Shown piece by piece: positions 37,175 to 48,547 of a stretch of DNA of 48,702 bases. Numbering within the stretch: the first letter of the stretch is position 1; the number at the start of each line of letters is the position of its first letter. A model generated the notes under the pieces. That model saw nothing but the letters and a program-made list of their open reading frames with translations, was not told where the DNA came from and searched no databases. Origin of the DNA: Leucoraja ocellata. Its lineage: Eukaryota. The translations under genes were made by a program, and so were the position numbers. Location of the stretch: NCBI GenBank assembly GCA_036785375.1, contig JAWMAR010002754.1:62001-110702 (forward strand). The letters run 5' to 3'.

Positions 37175-37711
37175 CAAGAAGGAACTGCAGATGCTGGAAG
37201 ATCGAAGGTACACAAAAATGCTGGAGAAACTCAGCGGGTGCAGCAGCATCTATGGAGCGAAGGAAATAGGCGACGTTTCGGGCCGAAACCCTTCTTCAGA
37301 CTGATGGGGGGTGGGGGGGGGGGGAGTAGGAAGGAAAAAGGGAGGAGGAGGAGCCCGAGGGCGGGGGGATGGGAGGAGACAGCTCGAGGGTTAATGGAGG
37401 GGAGGAGACTGCAGGGGTTAGCAACACTGGGAGAATTCAACGAACAGCACCTCACATTCCGCCTGGGTTGCTTGCGTCCGGATGGCATGAACGTTGAATT
37501 CTCCAAGTTTTGCTAGCCCTTGCTGTCTCCTCCCCTTCCTTAACCCTCGAGCTGTCTCCTCCCATCCCCCCGCCCTCGGGCTCCTCTTCCTACCTTTTTC
37601 CTTCCTCCCCCCATCAGTGTGAAGAAGGGTTTCGGCCCGAAACGGCGCCTATTTCCTTCGCTCCATAGATGCTGCTGCACCCCCTGAGTTTCTCCAGCAT
37701 TTTTGTATACC
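37175..37711. mobile_element. Penelope-like element with inverted terminal duplication (long palindrome)
   Basis: About 37207-37443 is the reverse complement of about 37490-37711. Confidence 0.75.
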
Positions 37712-38392
37712 CTATTTTACACAACGGTGGGTGTCTGGAACGTACCGCCAGAGATAATGCCGTATGGTATTTCAGACGTGTGTTGGTGTGCACGTGGATA
37801 TGCAGGGGACGGGTAGATATGCGCGGAATTGAGGCATATCGATCCAGCGCAGGCAGAGGACAATAGGTAAATTAGGCAACATGTTTCGCGCCGAAACCAT
37901 GAGCCACAACGTCTGTTCCTGTACCGTACTGTACTGTGTTCTGTCTTCTTTGCCCCTCGTTTTTTCGGGCTCATTGCTTCGCACTCAACGCGGAGGGGCT
38001 GTTCGCCCTTTCACAGCTGCTTCGGAGGCGGCGGTTCGGTGACGGCATCCGGCACCTGGTTCTAATTCTAACTGAATGGGCTTCTGCTGACTTTCCCGGC
38101 AAACTCCTCCCTGTACCCTGTTGCCCTCCCATCTGAGTCAGAATAAGCCACGGATACTGGACGCATGACCCAGAAGTGCTCGATAAGTGCTGAAATAACG
38201 AAACGGGTCAAGCAACATATGTGGGGAGGAATTCTTAAGCGGGAAGAAGGGTCCCGACCGCAAACGCGTCTCTCCATTCTTTCCATACTGCAGACCAATG
38301 GGTTCTTTCAGCACATTATGTTTGCTCCCCATTAAGCAATGCATTGGGCCCAAGCAGTGTCATCCAACCTTGTACTTTAATATCATATCGGA

Positions 38393-38735
38393 TTGTTCCC
38401 GATGTTGGAGAAGTCCAGGACAAGGGGTCACAGCTTAAGGATAAGGGGGAAATCCTTTAAAACCGAGATGAGCAGAACTTTTTTTCACACAGAGAGTGGT
38501 GAATCTCTGGAACTCTCTGCCACAGAGGGTAATTGAGGCCAGTTCATTGGCTATATTTAAGAGGGGGTTAGATGTGGCCCCTGTGGCTAAGGGGATCAGG
38601 GGGTATGGAGAGAAGGCAGGTACGGGATACTGAGTTGGATGATCAGCCATGATCATATTGAATGGCGGTGCAGGCTCGAAGGGCCGAATGGCCTACTCCT
38701 GCATCTAATTTCTATGTGTCTATGTTCTATGTACT
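38393..38735 (+). mobile_element. CR1 LINE 3' fragment
   Basis: SRTRGHSLRIRG...; TTCTATG tail. Confidence 0.9.
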
Positions 38736-39514
38736 CTAATGTGAGCATGGTGACTCCGATCACACGAATCTGGGAAGAGGTACAAGAGCATCAGCTGCAA
38801 AACCAGCAGGATTCTCCACAGCTTCTCCCCACAGGCAATAAGACTGACTGTGTCCCCTCCCCAAATATCGTTCAAAAACACATGCAACATCGTCCATACT
38901 TTGAAGCCACTGTCGGTCGGAATGTCTGTTTTTATTCTATTGTAAAGTTTAGGCCTACTTTTTGTTTTAGACATGGTAATTTTAATTTGTTTTTACAGCC
39001 CTTTGTATTTATCCTTTTTTTTAATTAACGACACTGAATGAAAACTGGTCGAGGAACGTTTTTCGTTTCCTCTGTGTATGCAAGTACTCAGTGAAAATTA
39101 TATTAAATAAATACTGAATACTGAACACGTGATAAATAGGTTTCGTCGATTTGCAGCTGCATTTTCATCACAATAAATGCTAATGTGTTGTACGCCCATT
39201 GTGGACATTTGTGAACCAAATTTCATCTGCATCCCTAACCGCTGCAGTCTGTAACTGTTCTAAATCCAGATTGACGACTCAAATCAAATGACTGAATAGC
39301 GCTGGTCTCAATGCCACGTACAACTGATGACCCAGGGGCCGGATCAGCCGTTAATTTGGCGGCTGAACATGACAGCCATCAACGTTTCCATGTACTGTAC
39401 TGTTTGCCGGACTGCCGACTGCAGTCGTGCTAAGAATCCTCCTCCTCTCTGCCATTCTTGGTGTCGCAACCGCAGCCACAATATGATAAGTTACACAAGT
39501 TACACAATATCATA

Positions 39515-39962
39515 AGTTACAGAGAAAGGTTGAACAAGTTAGGTTTTTATTCTTTGAAGCGCAGAATGTTAAGGGGGGGGGGACTTGATAGAGGTCTTTA
39601 TGATTATGAGAGGGATAGACATAGTTGACGTGGATAAGCTTGTTCCATTGAGAGTAGGGAAGGTTCAAAAAAGAGGACATGATTTGGGAATTAAGGGACA
39701 GAGGTTTAGGGGTGACATGAGTGGGAACCTCTTTACTCAGAGAGTGGTAGCTGTGTGGAATGAGCTTCCAGTGGAATTGGTGGAGGCAGGTTCGATTTTG
39801 TAATTTAAAAATAAATTGGATAGGTATATGGACGGGAAAGGAATGGAGGGTTATGGTCTGAGTGCAGGTAGATGGAACAAGGTGAGAGTAAGTGTTCGGC
39901 ACGGACCAGAAGGGCCGAGATGGCCTGTTTCCGTGCTCTAATTGTCATATGTTATATGTTAT
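39515..39962 (+). mobile_element. CR1 LINE 3' fragment (second family)
   Basis: DLIEVF.IMRGID...FTQRVVAVWNELP; (TTATATG)n tail. Confidence 0.88.
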
Positions 39963-40135
39963 ATTTTGAGTGCTTACGTTTATCCACCAACCCTTTCAAA
40001 TGCATCGTATTTGTGGCAGCAGACGCCTGTAGCTAGCAAATCCGAAATCATTCGTAAACAGTGAAACACGAAACGTACTCACAATTGGACAAACGTTTAC
40101 TCGCCAAAGCACTATCATCGTTACACTGTTCAAAG

Positions 40136-41072
40136 CAAAGATCCTATTGCAGAGCAAGATAGGCTACTCCTGCTAAATGCAATGGACTGACGTGTAGTAC
40201 GCTATGGAGGGGATCATGGGCTTTTTCCACGCCCATTTTAGCAACCTGAGCCTACCTAACCCGACCCGACTCGCACTGTAATCAATGTTGCGGGGCAACA
40301 GTTTGTGTGGGTCAGATTCATAAATCGTTCATTTCAAACGTCTTGTCAAGAATAAAATTTGATTCTGGTAATTGTCTTTTTTAATGTTTTTTAAATCATT
40401 TCTTTTTAAATGGCTCACAAGCAGTGTTTGAGTTGATTTTGTAGTGACCGGAACCGACCCGACTCGCAGGATGATTGACAGGGGGGGGACGTTTTGTGCG
40501 TGATTATAGGGTTAGATTCATAATTCTGTTAGTTCTTAATTCTGTTGATTCTTGTTAAAGAATAAAATGTTTATAAACACACATACATGAAAATTATATA
40601 AATGTATATAACACACACAATTATATTTCTTCTAATCCAATAATGAACTTTATTTCAGACTAGACAAGGGACATTAAATAAGAAACATTGTAAATAAGAA
40701 ACATTGTAAACCTCCCTGCAACTTCACACACACTAGGCCTTATCCCCCCGGCACTCTCTCGCCTGCCCCCTTACTACAATGTCCCCCCTCCTATGCCCCT
40801 CTCCCCGCTGCCCCGGGCCCCGCACTCTCTCTCCCCGCTGCCCCACACTCTCTCTCCCCGCTGCCCCGGACCCCGCACTCCTTCTCCCCGGTGCGGATCC
40901 AATCTTTGGCCGGAAGCAAGAAGGCGGGAACAAGAAAGCGGAGCAAGATGGCGACCCAAGATGGCGGAGTCAGGTTGCTAAAATGTGTCCTATAATCACC
41001 CATGAATCCGCCCATGAGCGTACCTCACGTTTGCGTGAGAGTAACCCATCTTGCTCTGCTATAGGATCTTTG
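40136..41072. mobile_element. Non-autonomous TIR DNA transposon with 8-bp TSD (P-like or hAT-like)
   Basis: TIRs CAAAGATCCTATTGCAGAGCAAGAT / ATCTTGCTCTGCTATAGGATCTTTG; perfect TSD GTTCAAAG at 40128-40135 and 41073-41080. Confidence 0.85.
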
Positions 41073-41589
41073 GTTCAAAGTAAACAAATCTCTTGTCATA
41101 ATTATTATTACTGAACTTTGAGAATTACATTTCAGAATAGGGTACTGATGATGGGTATTCGGCGCCATAGCAGAAGCGTCCATGTCGCGGGGGTGGAAAC
41201 TGGAATTATCCTGAGCTAATTCTGTTACCACCGTCATCTATTGCGACATGTGAAGGCTTCCACATTGTCGCCGGAAGCTTGCGTCCTTTTCAGGACAGAC
41301 GATGAGAGCGAGGCCAACATTTGTAACAAGATGGACACGAAAAGAAGAAGATGGATATTCGAAATGAAACACCATTTTTTAATATGAGTTCCACCGGGAA
41401 TGAGGTTTAATTGTGCTTTTCAGTTCATTAATGCCATGTGATTAGAGTTTCAGCGGAAAGTCGTTTGCTTGCTTTCCAAACAAATCGGATAATACAATAC
41501 ATGCATACAATCAAGCCAAACTCAGGTACAATGGGTAGAAAATACAACCAAAAGAGTAAAGAGATGGTAACGAGATTGTCTCAGAAGAT

Positions 41590-41820
41590 GTGTTTAAGAA
41601 GGAACTGCAGATGCTGGAAAATCGAAGGTACACACTAATGCTGGAGAAACTCAGCGGGTGCGGCAGCATCCACGGAGCGAAGGAGATAGGCAACGTTTCG
41701 GGCCGAAGAAGAATTCGAATTTCGCGTCTGAGGAAGGGTTTCGGCCCGAAACGTTGCCTATCTCCTTTGCTCCATAGATGCTGCTGTACCCGCTGAGTTT
41801 CTCCAGCATTTGTGTGTACA
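41590..41820. mobile_element. Penelope-like inverted terminus (fold-back)
   Basis: ATGCTGGAGAAACTCAGCGGG...CCCGCTGAGTTTCTCCAGCAT inverted arms. Confidence 0.7.
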
Positions 41821-41954
41821 TTGTATCGGATGATAGCAGATCCTAATTTGATATCAGCACGCAAACCGCCGCCACGCTCCGGCGCGGTCTTTGTCGAAAT
41901 TCTTCACCACTTGTCGTTTCTGAGTTTGCATGTTCTTTTCAATGGAGTATTGTT

Positions 41955-42415
41955 ATGTCAGGACTTTCATATGAAGAAAGACTGGATAGACTCGGCTTGT
42001 ACTCGCTAGAATTTAGAAGATTGAGGGGGGTTCTTATAGAAACTTACAACATTCTTAAGGGGTTGGACAGGCTAGATGCAGGAAGATTGTTCCCGATTTT
42101 GAGGAAGTCCAGAACAAGGGGTCACAGTTTAAGGATAAAGAAGAGATCTTTTAGGACCGAGGTGAGAAAAATATTTTTCACACAGAGAGTGGTGAATATC
42201 TGGAATTCTCTGCAACAGAAGGTAGTTGAGGCCAGTTCATTGGCTATATTTAAGAGGGAGTTAGATGTGGCCCTTGTGGCTAAAGGGATCAGGGGGTATG
42301 GAGAGAAGTCAGGTACAGTATACTGAGTTGGATGATCAGCCATGATCATATTGAATGACGGTGAAGGCTCGAAGGGCCGAATGGCCCACTCCTGCACCTA
42401 CTTTCTATGTTTCTA
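41955..42415 (+). mobile_element. CR1 LINE 3' fragment abutting the GPCR copy 2 stop codon
   Basis: MSGLSYEERLDRLGLYSLE...; tail ends about 20 nt from the stop at 42435. Confidence 0.92.
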
Positions 42416-42434
42416 ATTTTCTGTGTTATATGCA

Positions 42435-44913
42435 CTACTTGAACCAGCCAGTAATGATATTGAATGGATATTTGAGAGCATCCTTTAACAGTTCCCTGAA
42501 TTTAGACTGTGTCCCAACATAAATACACGTGTTGGTACAGGAACTAAGAATCTCTAACATGTATCCGCTTTCTTGAAGAATAAATCTTGGGTCATTGGAA
42601 TTAGAACCAGTTGGATAGACGTTGCTTGTAATCTGCACAGATAGGAAATTTACCATATAGGTCGACCTCAACAAAATAAAACTCCAGGAGATGGCGAGAA
42701 GTAAAATAATGGACCTTCTCCGGCTCTCCATCTCGGGGTCACTCTGTTTCTCTCCGTTGCTCTGCGCCCGGAGTCTCCGGCGGGCCCGACTGGCCGCTAG
42801 AATGTGTCTGATCGTCAGAACATTAAGCAGCAAAATGAGGAGGAATGGGATACATGGATTTAACATACGGTGCAGCCATTCATACACCCTCCATGCAAGT
42901 GATGTATAGAAGATTGGTCTAATGCTGCAGAACCAGGGTACATTGTCAACGACATACATGGGCTCATATTCAAAATATAAAGGGATGTTTCGCAAGGACG
43001 CCAGCACGCAGATGGTTGCTATAATCACAGCCGCAGTTTTCTCGGTGCAGTATCTCACCTTCAATTTCTGGCTGCCAATAGCTAAAAAGCGATCGAACGT
43101 GAACGCGACCGTTAACCACACCGATGTGTCTTTTGAAATCCAGCTGAAGATAATAACGAGACTGCAGGCAGGAGTGGTGGACAAGAAACTAAGTGGGAAA
43201 TAAATAGCCCGTAGCCGACTTAATATCACAGCAGTTATAATGACCAGGAGATCCGCCACTGCCATGAACACCAGGTAACGAGTTATGCATTTCGAGAGGC
43301 CGCACTTTCCTTGGGACAAAATCACAATCGTCACTAAATTCGCTGCAAAACAAAATAATAAATTCGTTCATTGATAATCAGACCGTTAAATCCAATTGAT
43401 TGACAGGATAAATTCGTGCAGTATTTCGACGATTCAGCTAACCACCAAATATATTGTGCTTTGGCTCATGCCACGCCCGCGTACGGTTATGCCCCTGTCC
43501 CACTTAGGCAACCTGAACGGAAACCACTGGAGACTGCGACCCACCCAAGGTTCCCGGAGATTGCAAGTGGTTGACGGAGGGTGCAGGAAGTGGAAGCAGG
43601 TAGGGAGACTGACAAAAAAACCTCCGGGAACCTCCGGGAACCGCACGGAAACCTTGGGTGGGGCGCAAAGTCTCCAGAGGATTCCGTTCAGGTTTCCTAA
43701 GTGGGACAGGGACATTATGGAATGGAATACAAAAGACCAGCTTCCCAAACATAATGACAATTTGTTGAGAAAATAAGAAAATATAAATCCATTGGCACAT
43801 CATAACCATATAACCATATATAACTAGATAACAATTACCGTACGTAAACATGCCATCTCGGCTCTTCTAGGCCGTGCCGAACACTTGCTCTCATCTAGTC
43901 CCATCTACCTGCACTCAGACCATAAACCTCCATTCCTTTCCCATCCATATACATTTTCAATTTATTTTTAAATGATAAAATCAAACCTGCCGGCCTCCAC
44001 CACTTCCACTCTCTGAGTAAAGAAGTTCACCCTCATGTTACCCCTAAACTTCTGTCCCTTAATTCTCAAGTCGTGTCCTCTTGTTTGAATCTTCCCTGCT
44101 CTCAATTGAAAAAGCTTATCCACGTCAACTCTGTCTATCCCTTTCATAATTTTACAGACCTCTATCAAGTCCCCCCCTTCCCCTTCGGCGCTCATACTGA
44201 AAGCAAATAACGATGTCAATGGGAGAAGAGACCATTTAGAATATAGCGTGTGAAATTTAGATACAATAATGCATTTCCATGCCAAACTAACAAGAGCGCT
44301 TCGTAATAACGTTACTTGTAAACAGCTGCCAAATGCGGTCAGCAAACAAGAAAATAAACTTGGTAGATGAAATTGATTCAATGCCTGCATTGAGAACAGT
44401 GTTGAGTCAAATGGTGTTCGAAGTGTAATTCCAATAAATGATATGATCGGAGGTGTTACATCAGCCACCAAATTCTGTAAATGACACCGGCATTTTTGTC
44501 GGGCGAGTTTCGAAGAGGAGAGACAATTTAAAATAATTCAATTCGGCATCCAATTATACCTTTCTGTCTCTGATCAGAAAGTACAGATGCTCCCATTCAA
44601 CAGCATTCAAAAGACGGTGCCAACAAGTATTTTTTTCTTGCAAGAATGGCAAGAGAATATTTTTTTTTGGAACGACCTCCTTTGCATCAGACAACTTGAT
44701 TGAATTCGTCATTCCGTACGAGATCGCAAGGGACAGATAGCGACGGAGAACACGGCGTGCATTCGTTGCACATGGAAGTGGCTGAATGGCAGATTAAAAA
44801 TGCTTTTTAAACGAAAGTCGACGTCCATATGTTTTGTTCTTACCTGGAACTCCGAAAGCTGCGAGAAAAGAATAATAAATGGCAAAGACCGGCCCATTCC
44901 CAGGTGCGTGCAT
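42435..44913 (-). CDS. GPR139/GPR142-like class A GPCR, copy 2 (exon 1 44913-44844, exon 2 43342-42435; 325 aa)
   Basis: Exon 1 MHAPGNGPVFAIYYSFLAAFGVP with G|GTAAG donor; TTTTGCAG|CG AAT acceptor; aligns without gaps to copy 1; DRF and SSCTNTCIY motifs; intact. Confidence 0.9.
43490..43714. mobile_element. PIF/Harbinger-type MITE copy 4 (GPCR copy 2 intron)
   Basis: Same TIRs; TTA target duplication. Confidence 0.87.
43800..44180 (-). mobile_element. CR1 3' fragment (second family) in the GPCR copy 2 intron
   Basis: GDLIEVCKIMKGIDRVD...TRGH...FFTQRV; (CCATATAA)n tail. Confidence 0.85.
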
Positions 44914-44970
44914 TGTTTCCCTGAGCACGATTTAGCTGGCAAGAAAATTCTGCATCAAACTTATCAGAAC

Positions 44971-44978
44971 TATTTATA
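44971..44978 (-). promoter_or_regulatory. Putative TATA box of GPCR copy 2
   Basis: TATAAATA 57 nt before the ATG on the minus strand. Confidence 0.6.
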
Positions 44979-45694
44979 CCTCAGTGTAATCTCTGGAGCG
45001 ACAATTAATTGCATCATCATAATTGCCAGGCAGAATGCTCCGAATAAACAAGGGAAAGCATGTTGTTCTTTCTTGTAATGATTTATGACATGATATTGTT
45101 TGAGCAATGTGGCTTAATTGCGAAACGAACTACTGTCGCTGTTTGAAGTGAAACATATCATGTGAATTGGGTGAAAAGGGCTTCTGACTAGTAAATAATA
45201 CGGTTTCTTCAAATAGCGTTAGGAATATTCTGTAGCCATTTGTGTGTCGACCCCAAATAAAGACATCGTCATCCTGGAGTGTGTCGCGTAGCGAATGGAC
45301 TCTTCTTTCTGCGTCTCCCCCCCCCCCCCCCCACATCTATCCCCCCCCCCCCCCCCCCCTCCAATGGGTCTCCTATGTTTGTCGCGCTGTCTGCTTTCCT
45401 CTCTCCCCGCTCTGAGCCGCGCCTGATGCCGTGGACCTGCTGCCGATACTCCCCTCTACCGCCTGATCATTCCCCTCCACCTGACTGCTTCTCCATAATC
45501 CGTTCACTGGTGGTCACCCATCTATTTTCTGCCTCTGTGGTATAATATCATATTCAAAATCATACTCATAATAGTACTTTATTAGCCAAGAATGGTTTGA
45601 AACATACCGTCAAATCATGCCGTCGTAGCAGTAAAGAGCAACAAGACACCAATATAAATGTTAAGTGTAGTTAGTGTAATGTTAAGTTAAATGT

Positions 45695-46363
45695 TAAGGC
45701 AGTGAAGAAAGCGAATGGTATGTTAGCTTTCATAGCAAAAGGATTTGAGTATGGGAGCTGGGAGGTTCTACTGCAGTTGTACAGGGTCTTGGTGAGACCA
45801 CACCTGGAGCATTGCGTACAGTTTTGGTCTCCAAATCTGAGGAAAGACATTATTGCCATAGAGGGAGTGCAGAGAAGGTTCACCAGACTGATTCCTGGGA
45901 TGTCAGGACTGTCTTATGAAGAAAGACTGAATAGACTTGGTTTATACTCTCTAGAATTTAGGAGATTGAGAGGGGATCTTATAGAAACTTGCAAAATTCT
46001 TAAAGGGTTGGACAGGCTAGATGCAGGAAGATTGCTCCCGATGTTGGGGAAGTCCAGGACAAGGGGTCACAGCTTAAGGATAAGGGGGACATCCTTTAAA
46101 ACCGAGATGAGAAGAACGTTTTTCACACAGAGAGTGGTGAATCTCTGGAACTCTCTGCCGCAGAAGGTAGTCGAGGCCAGTTCATTGGCTATATTTAAGA
46201 GGGAGTTAGATGTGGCCCTTGTGGCTAAGGGGATCAGAGGGTATGGAGAGAAGGCAGGTACGGGATACTGAGTTGGATGATCAGCCATGATCATATTCAA
46301 TGGCGGCGCAGGCTCGAAGGGCCGAATGGCCTTCTCCTGCACCTAATTTCTATGTTTCTATGT
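45695..46363 (+). mobile_element. CR1 LINE 3' fragment
   Basis: 189-aa open stretch near-identical to 355-1517. Confidence 0.95.
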
Positions 46364-46364
46364 T

Positions 46365-46995
46365 AAACATGGCCATCGCCTACAGCGACTCCCCCACATT
46401 CCTCACTGTGATGGAATGCAAACATGTTCACTCTGCTACCCTTCTTTGTTCTTCCGCGGTCGGGGCTCTGAGACCTTCCGTTGTCGGGGAGATCTTGGCT
46501 CCCGCAGCCGGCGGTCGATCCCTCCCCGTCGGGGCGATCATGCGCCCGCATCTGGATGCTCCCAGCTGCCTCGCGCCTGGCGATCGGCCCCCAGGTCGGG
46601 GCTGGTCGAACCATCTGCGACTTGGAGCTTCCCGACATCAGTCTCTGCCGGAGTCTGCGAGCTCCTCAATGGTGAAAACCCCAGGCCGCGGTTGGAGCGT
46701 CGATCCCAGGCAAGGTAAATCCACGGCCCCGCGTTGGCGCTGAAAGTCAGATTCGAGCAAGGCCGCCAACTCCAAGATCTTGGGCCGCAGAGCGATCGGA
46801 GATACGATCCGGAAAACAATCGCATCTCCGGCAAGGTAAGAGTTTGAAAATGTTTTACCCCGACCCCGTTCTCCACCTCTCACATAAAACAAACCAGAGA
46901 ACATTAACACGTATTTTAAAAACATACTAAAAATAACAAAAATGACGAAACGACAGCAATACTATTGGCGAGGCTGCCGTCGCTGACGGCGCCAC
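46365..46995 (-). repeat. Unclassified GC-rich putative interspersed repeat
   Basis: CpG-rich non-coding block similar in character to 20411-20925 and 3735-4010; no recognisable protein. Confidence 0.4.
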
Positions 46996-47709
46996 TCGTC
47001 ATTGATCGATGATGTAATTCGCGGAGATGGAAAGACTAAACTGATAGAAACAGAATTCCTGCATTATGAATTAGAAATATATTGGAGTATCATCAACCCT
47101 GTTAATTTACTTTCTGTCGTTCTTTAAAAGCTTCCCAATACTCTGGCTTCCCACTGATCTTTGCAATGTTATACGCCTTCTCTTTTAGTTTTATAGTATC
47201 CTGGCTGCCCTTGTCAGCCACGGCCACGCTTTCTCCACCTAGAATCGTTCTTCCTTTTTGGAACGAAAAGGTTCTGCATCTTCCGAATTATTCCCTGAAA
47301 TTCCTGCCATTAAAGCTCCACTGTGTTCCCTGCTCTGTTCCCTTCCCAGACAACTTTCTCCAGATAATCCTTCGTGCCTCGGTACCCTTTGCTCATCTGC
47401 AATACAGGCACATCCGATGTCATCTTCTCCCTCTTAAATTGCAGATTAAAACTTAACATGGTCTGGTCGATACTTCCTAGTGGTTCATTTACCTAGAGTT
47501 CCCTTTATCAAATACGGATCGCTACTCAACACTAAATGCAGAATCATCTATACCCTGGTATGCTCTGCTAAAAGCTGTTCTACGAATCCATCTCGTAGGC
47601 ACTCAACACATCCCCTTGCTTGGGGTCATGTACCATCCTGATTTACCCAGTTTACCTGCATAATGAAATCCCACATGATCTCCGTAGCATCGTCCTTCTT
47701 ACATGCCAA

Positions 47710-47885
47710 TTGGTTATATTTAAGAGGGAGTTAGATGTGAGCCTTGTGGCTAAAGGGGTCAGGGGGTATGGAGAGAAGGCTGGTACAGGATACTGAGTTG
47801 GATGATCAGCCATGATCATATTGAATGGCGGTGCAGGCTCGAAGGGCCGAATGGCCTACTCTTGCACCTATCTTCTATGTTTATA
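47710..47885 (+). mobile_element. Short CR1 3' end within older LINE-like sequence
   Basis: IFKRELDV...GYGEKAGTGY plus 3' UTR. Confidence 0.85.
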
Positions 47886-48547
47886 TCTACTGGTGTAACT
47901 TGTATCCTATATCCTGACTACTGTTTGGTTGCCTGTAACGAACTTCCATTATCGCATTTTTACCCGTAAAATCTCTCAGCTCTATCCATAATTACTCTAC
48001 ACTCTGTGATCTTATCACCCTCCCTACGGACTGAATTTTATTCCGTGCCAACCGTGCTACCCCAACCCCTTCCTCCACCTGTCTTTCTTTCCGATAGAAT
48101 GTTTAACTTTGAACATTCAATTCCCAGCTCCGATCGTCGCTCAGGTAGCAATCCAGAGATTATTACGTACTTGGTTCTGCTTTTGATCTTCATATTCCTT
48201 CAGCAGAGTCTATGTTCTTGTTCTACCTAGGTCACTGGACCACGCCAACGGGATCTTTAACCTCGCCTGCAAGTTGCTCAGCAGCGCAGACGAAATGTCC
48301 TGAACCCGGCCACCAGGCAGGCAACGCAGCTTTCGGGACTCTCAAACCTTTCGACAGAGAACAGTGTCAACGCCCCCTAGCAATACTATCCCCAATGACA
48401 ACAACGTTTTCCTTCCCCGTTCTATCTCAAATGCCCCTCTGATCCACGTGGCCTGGGTCAGGTTGCTCATCCTTCCGAGGGTCTTCTAATTCATTCCTCC
48501 CCTGCCTGCCTCATTACCGGTCACACCCTCTACGTCATTACATCCGT

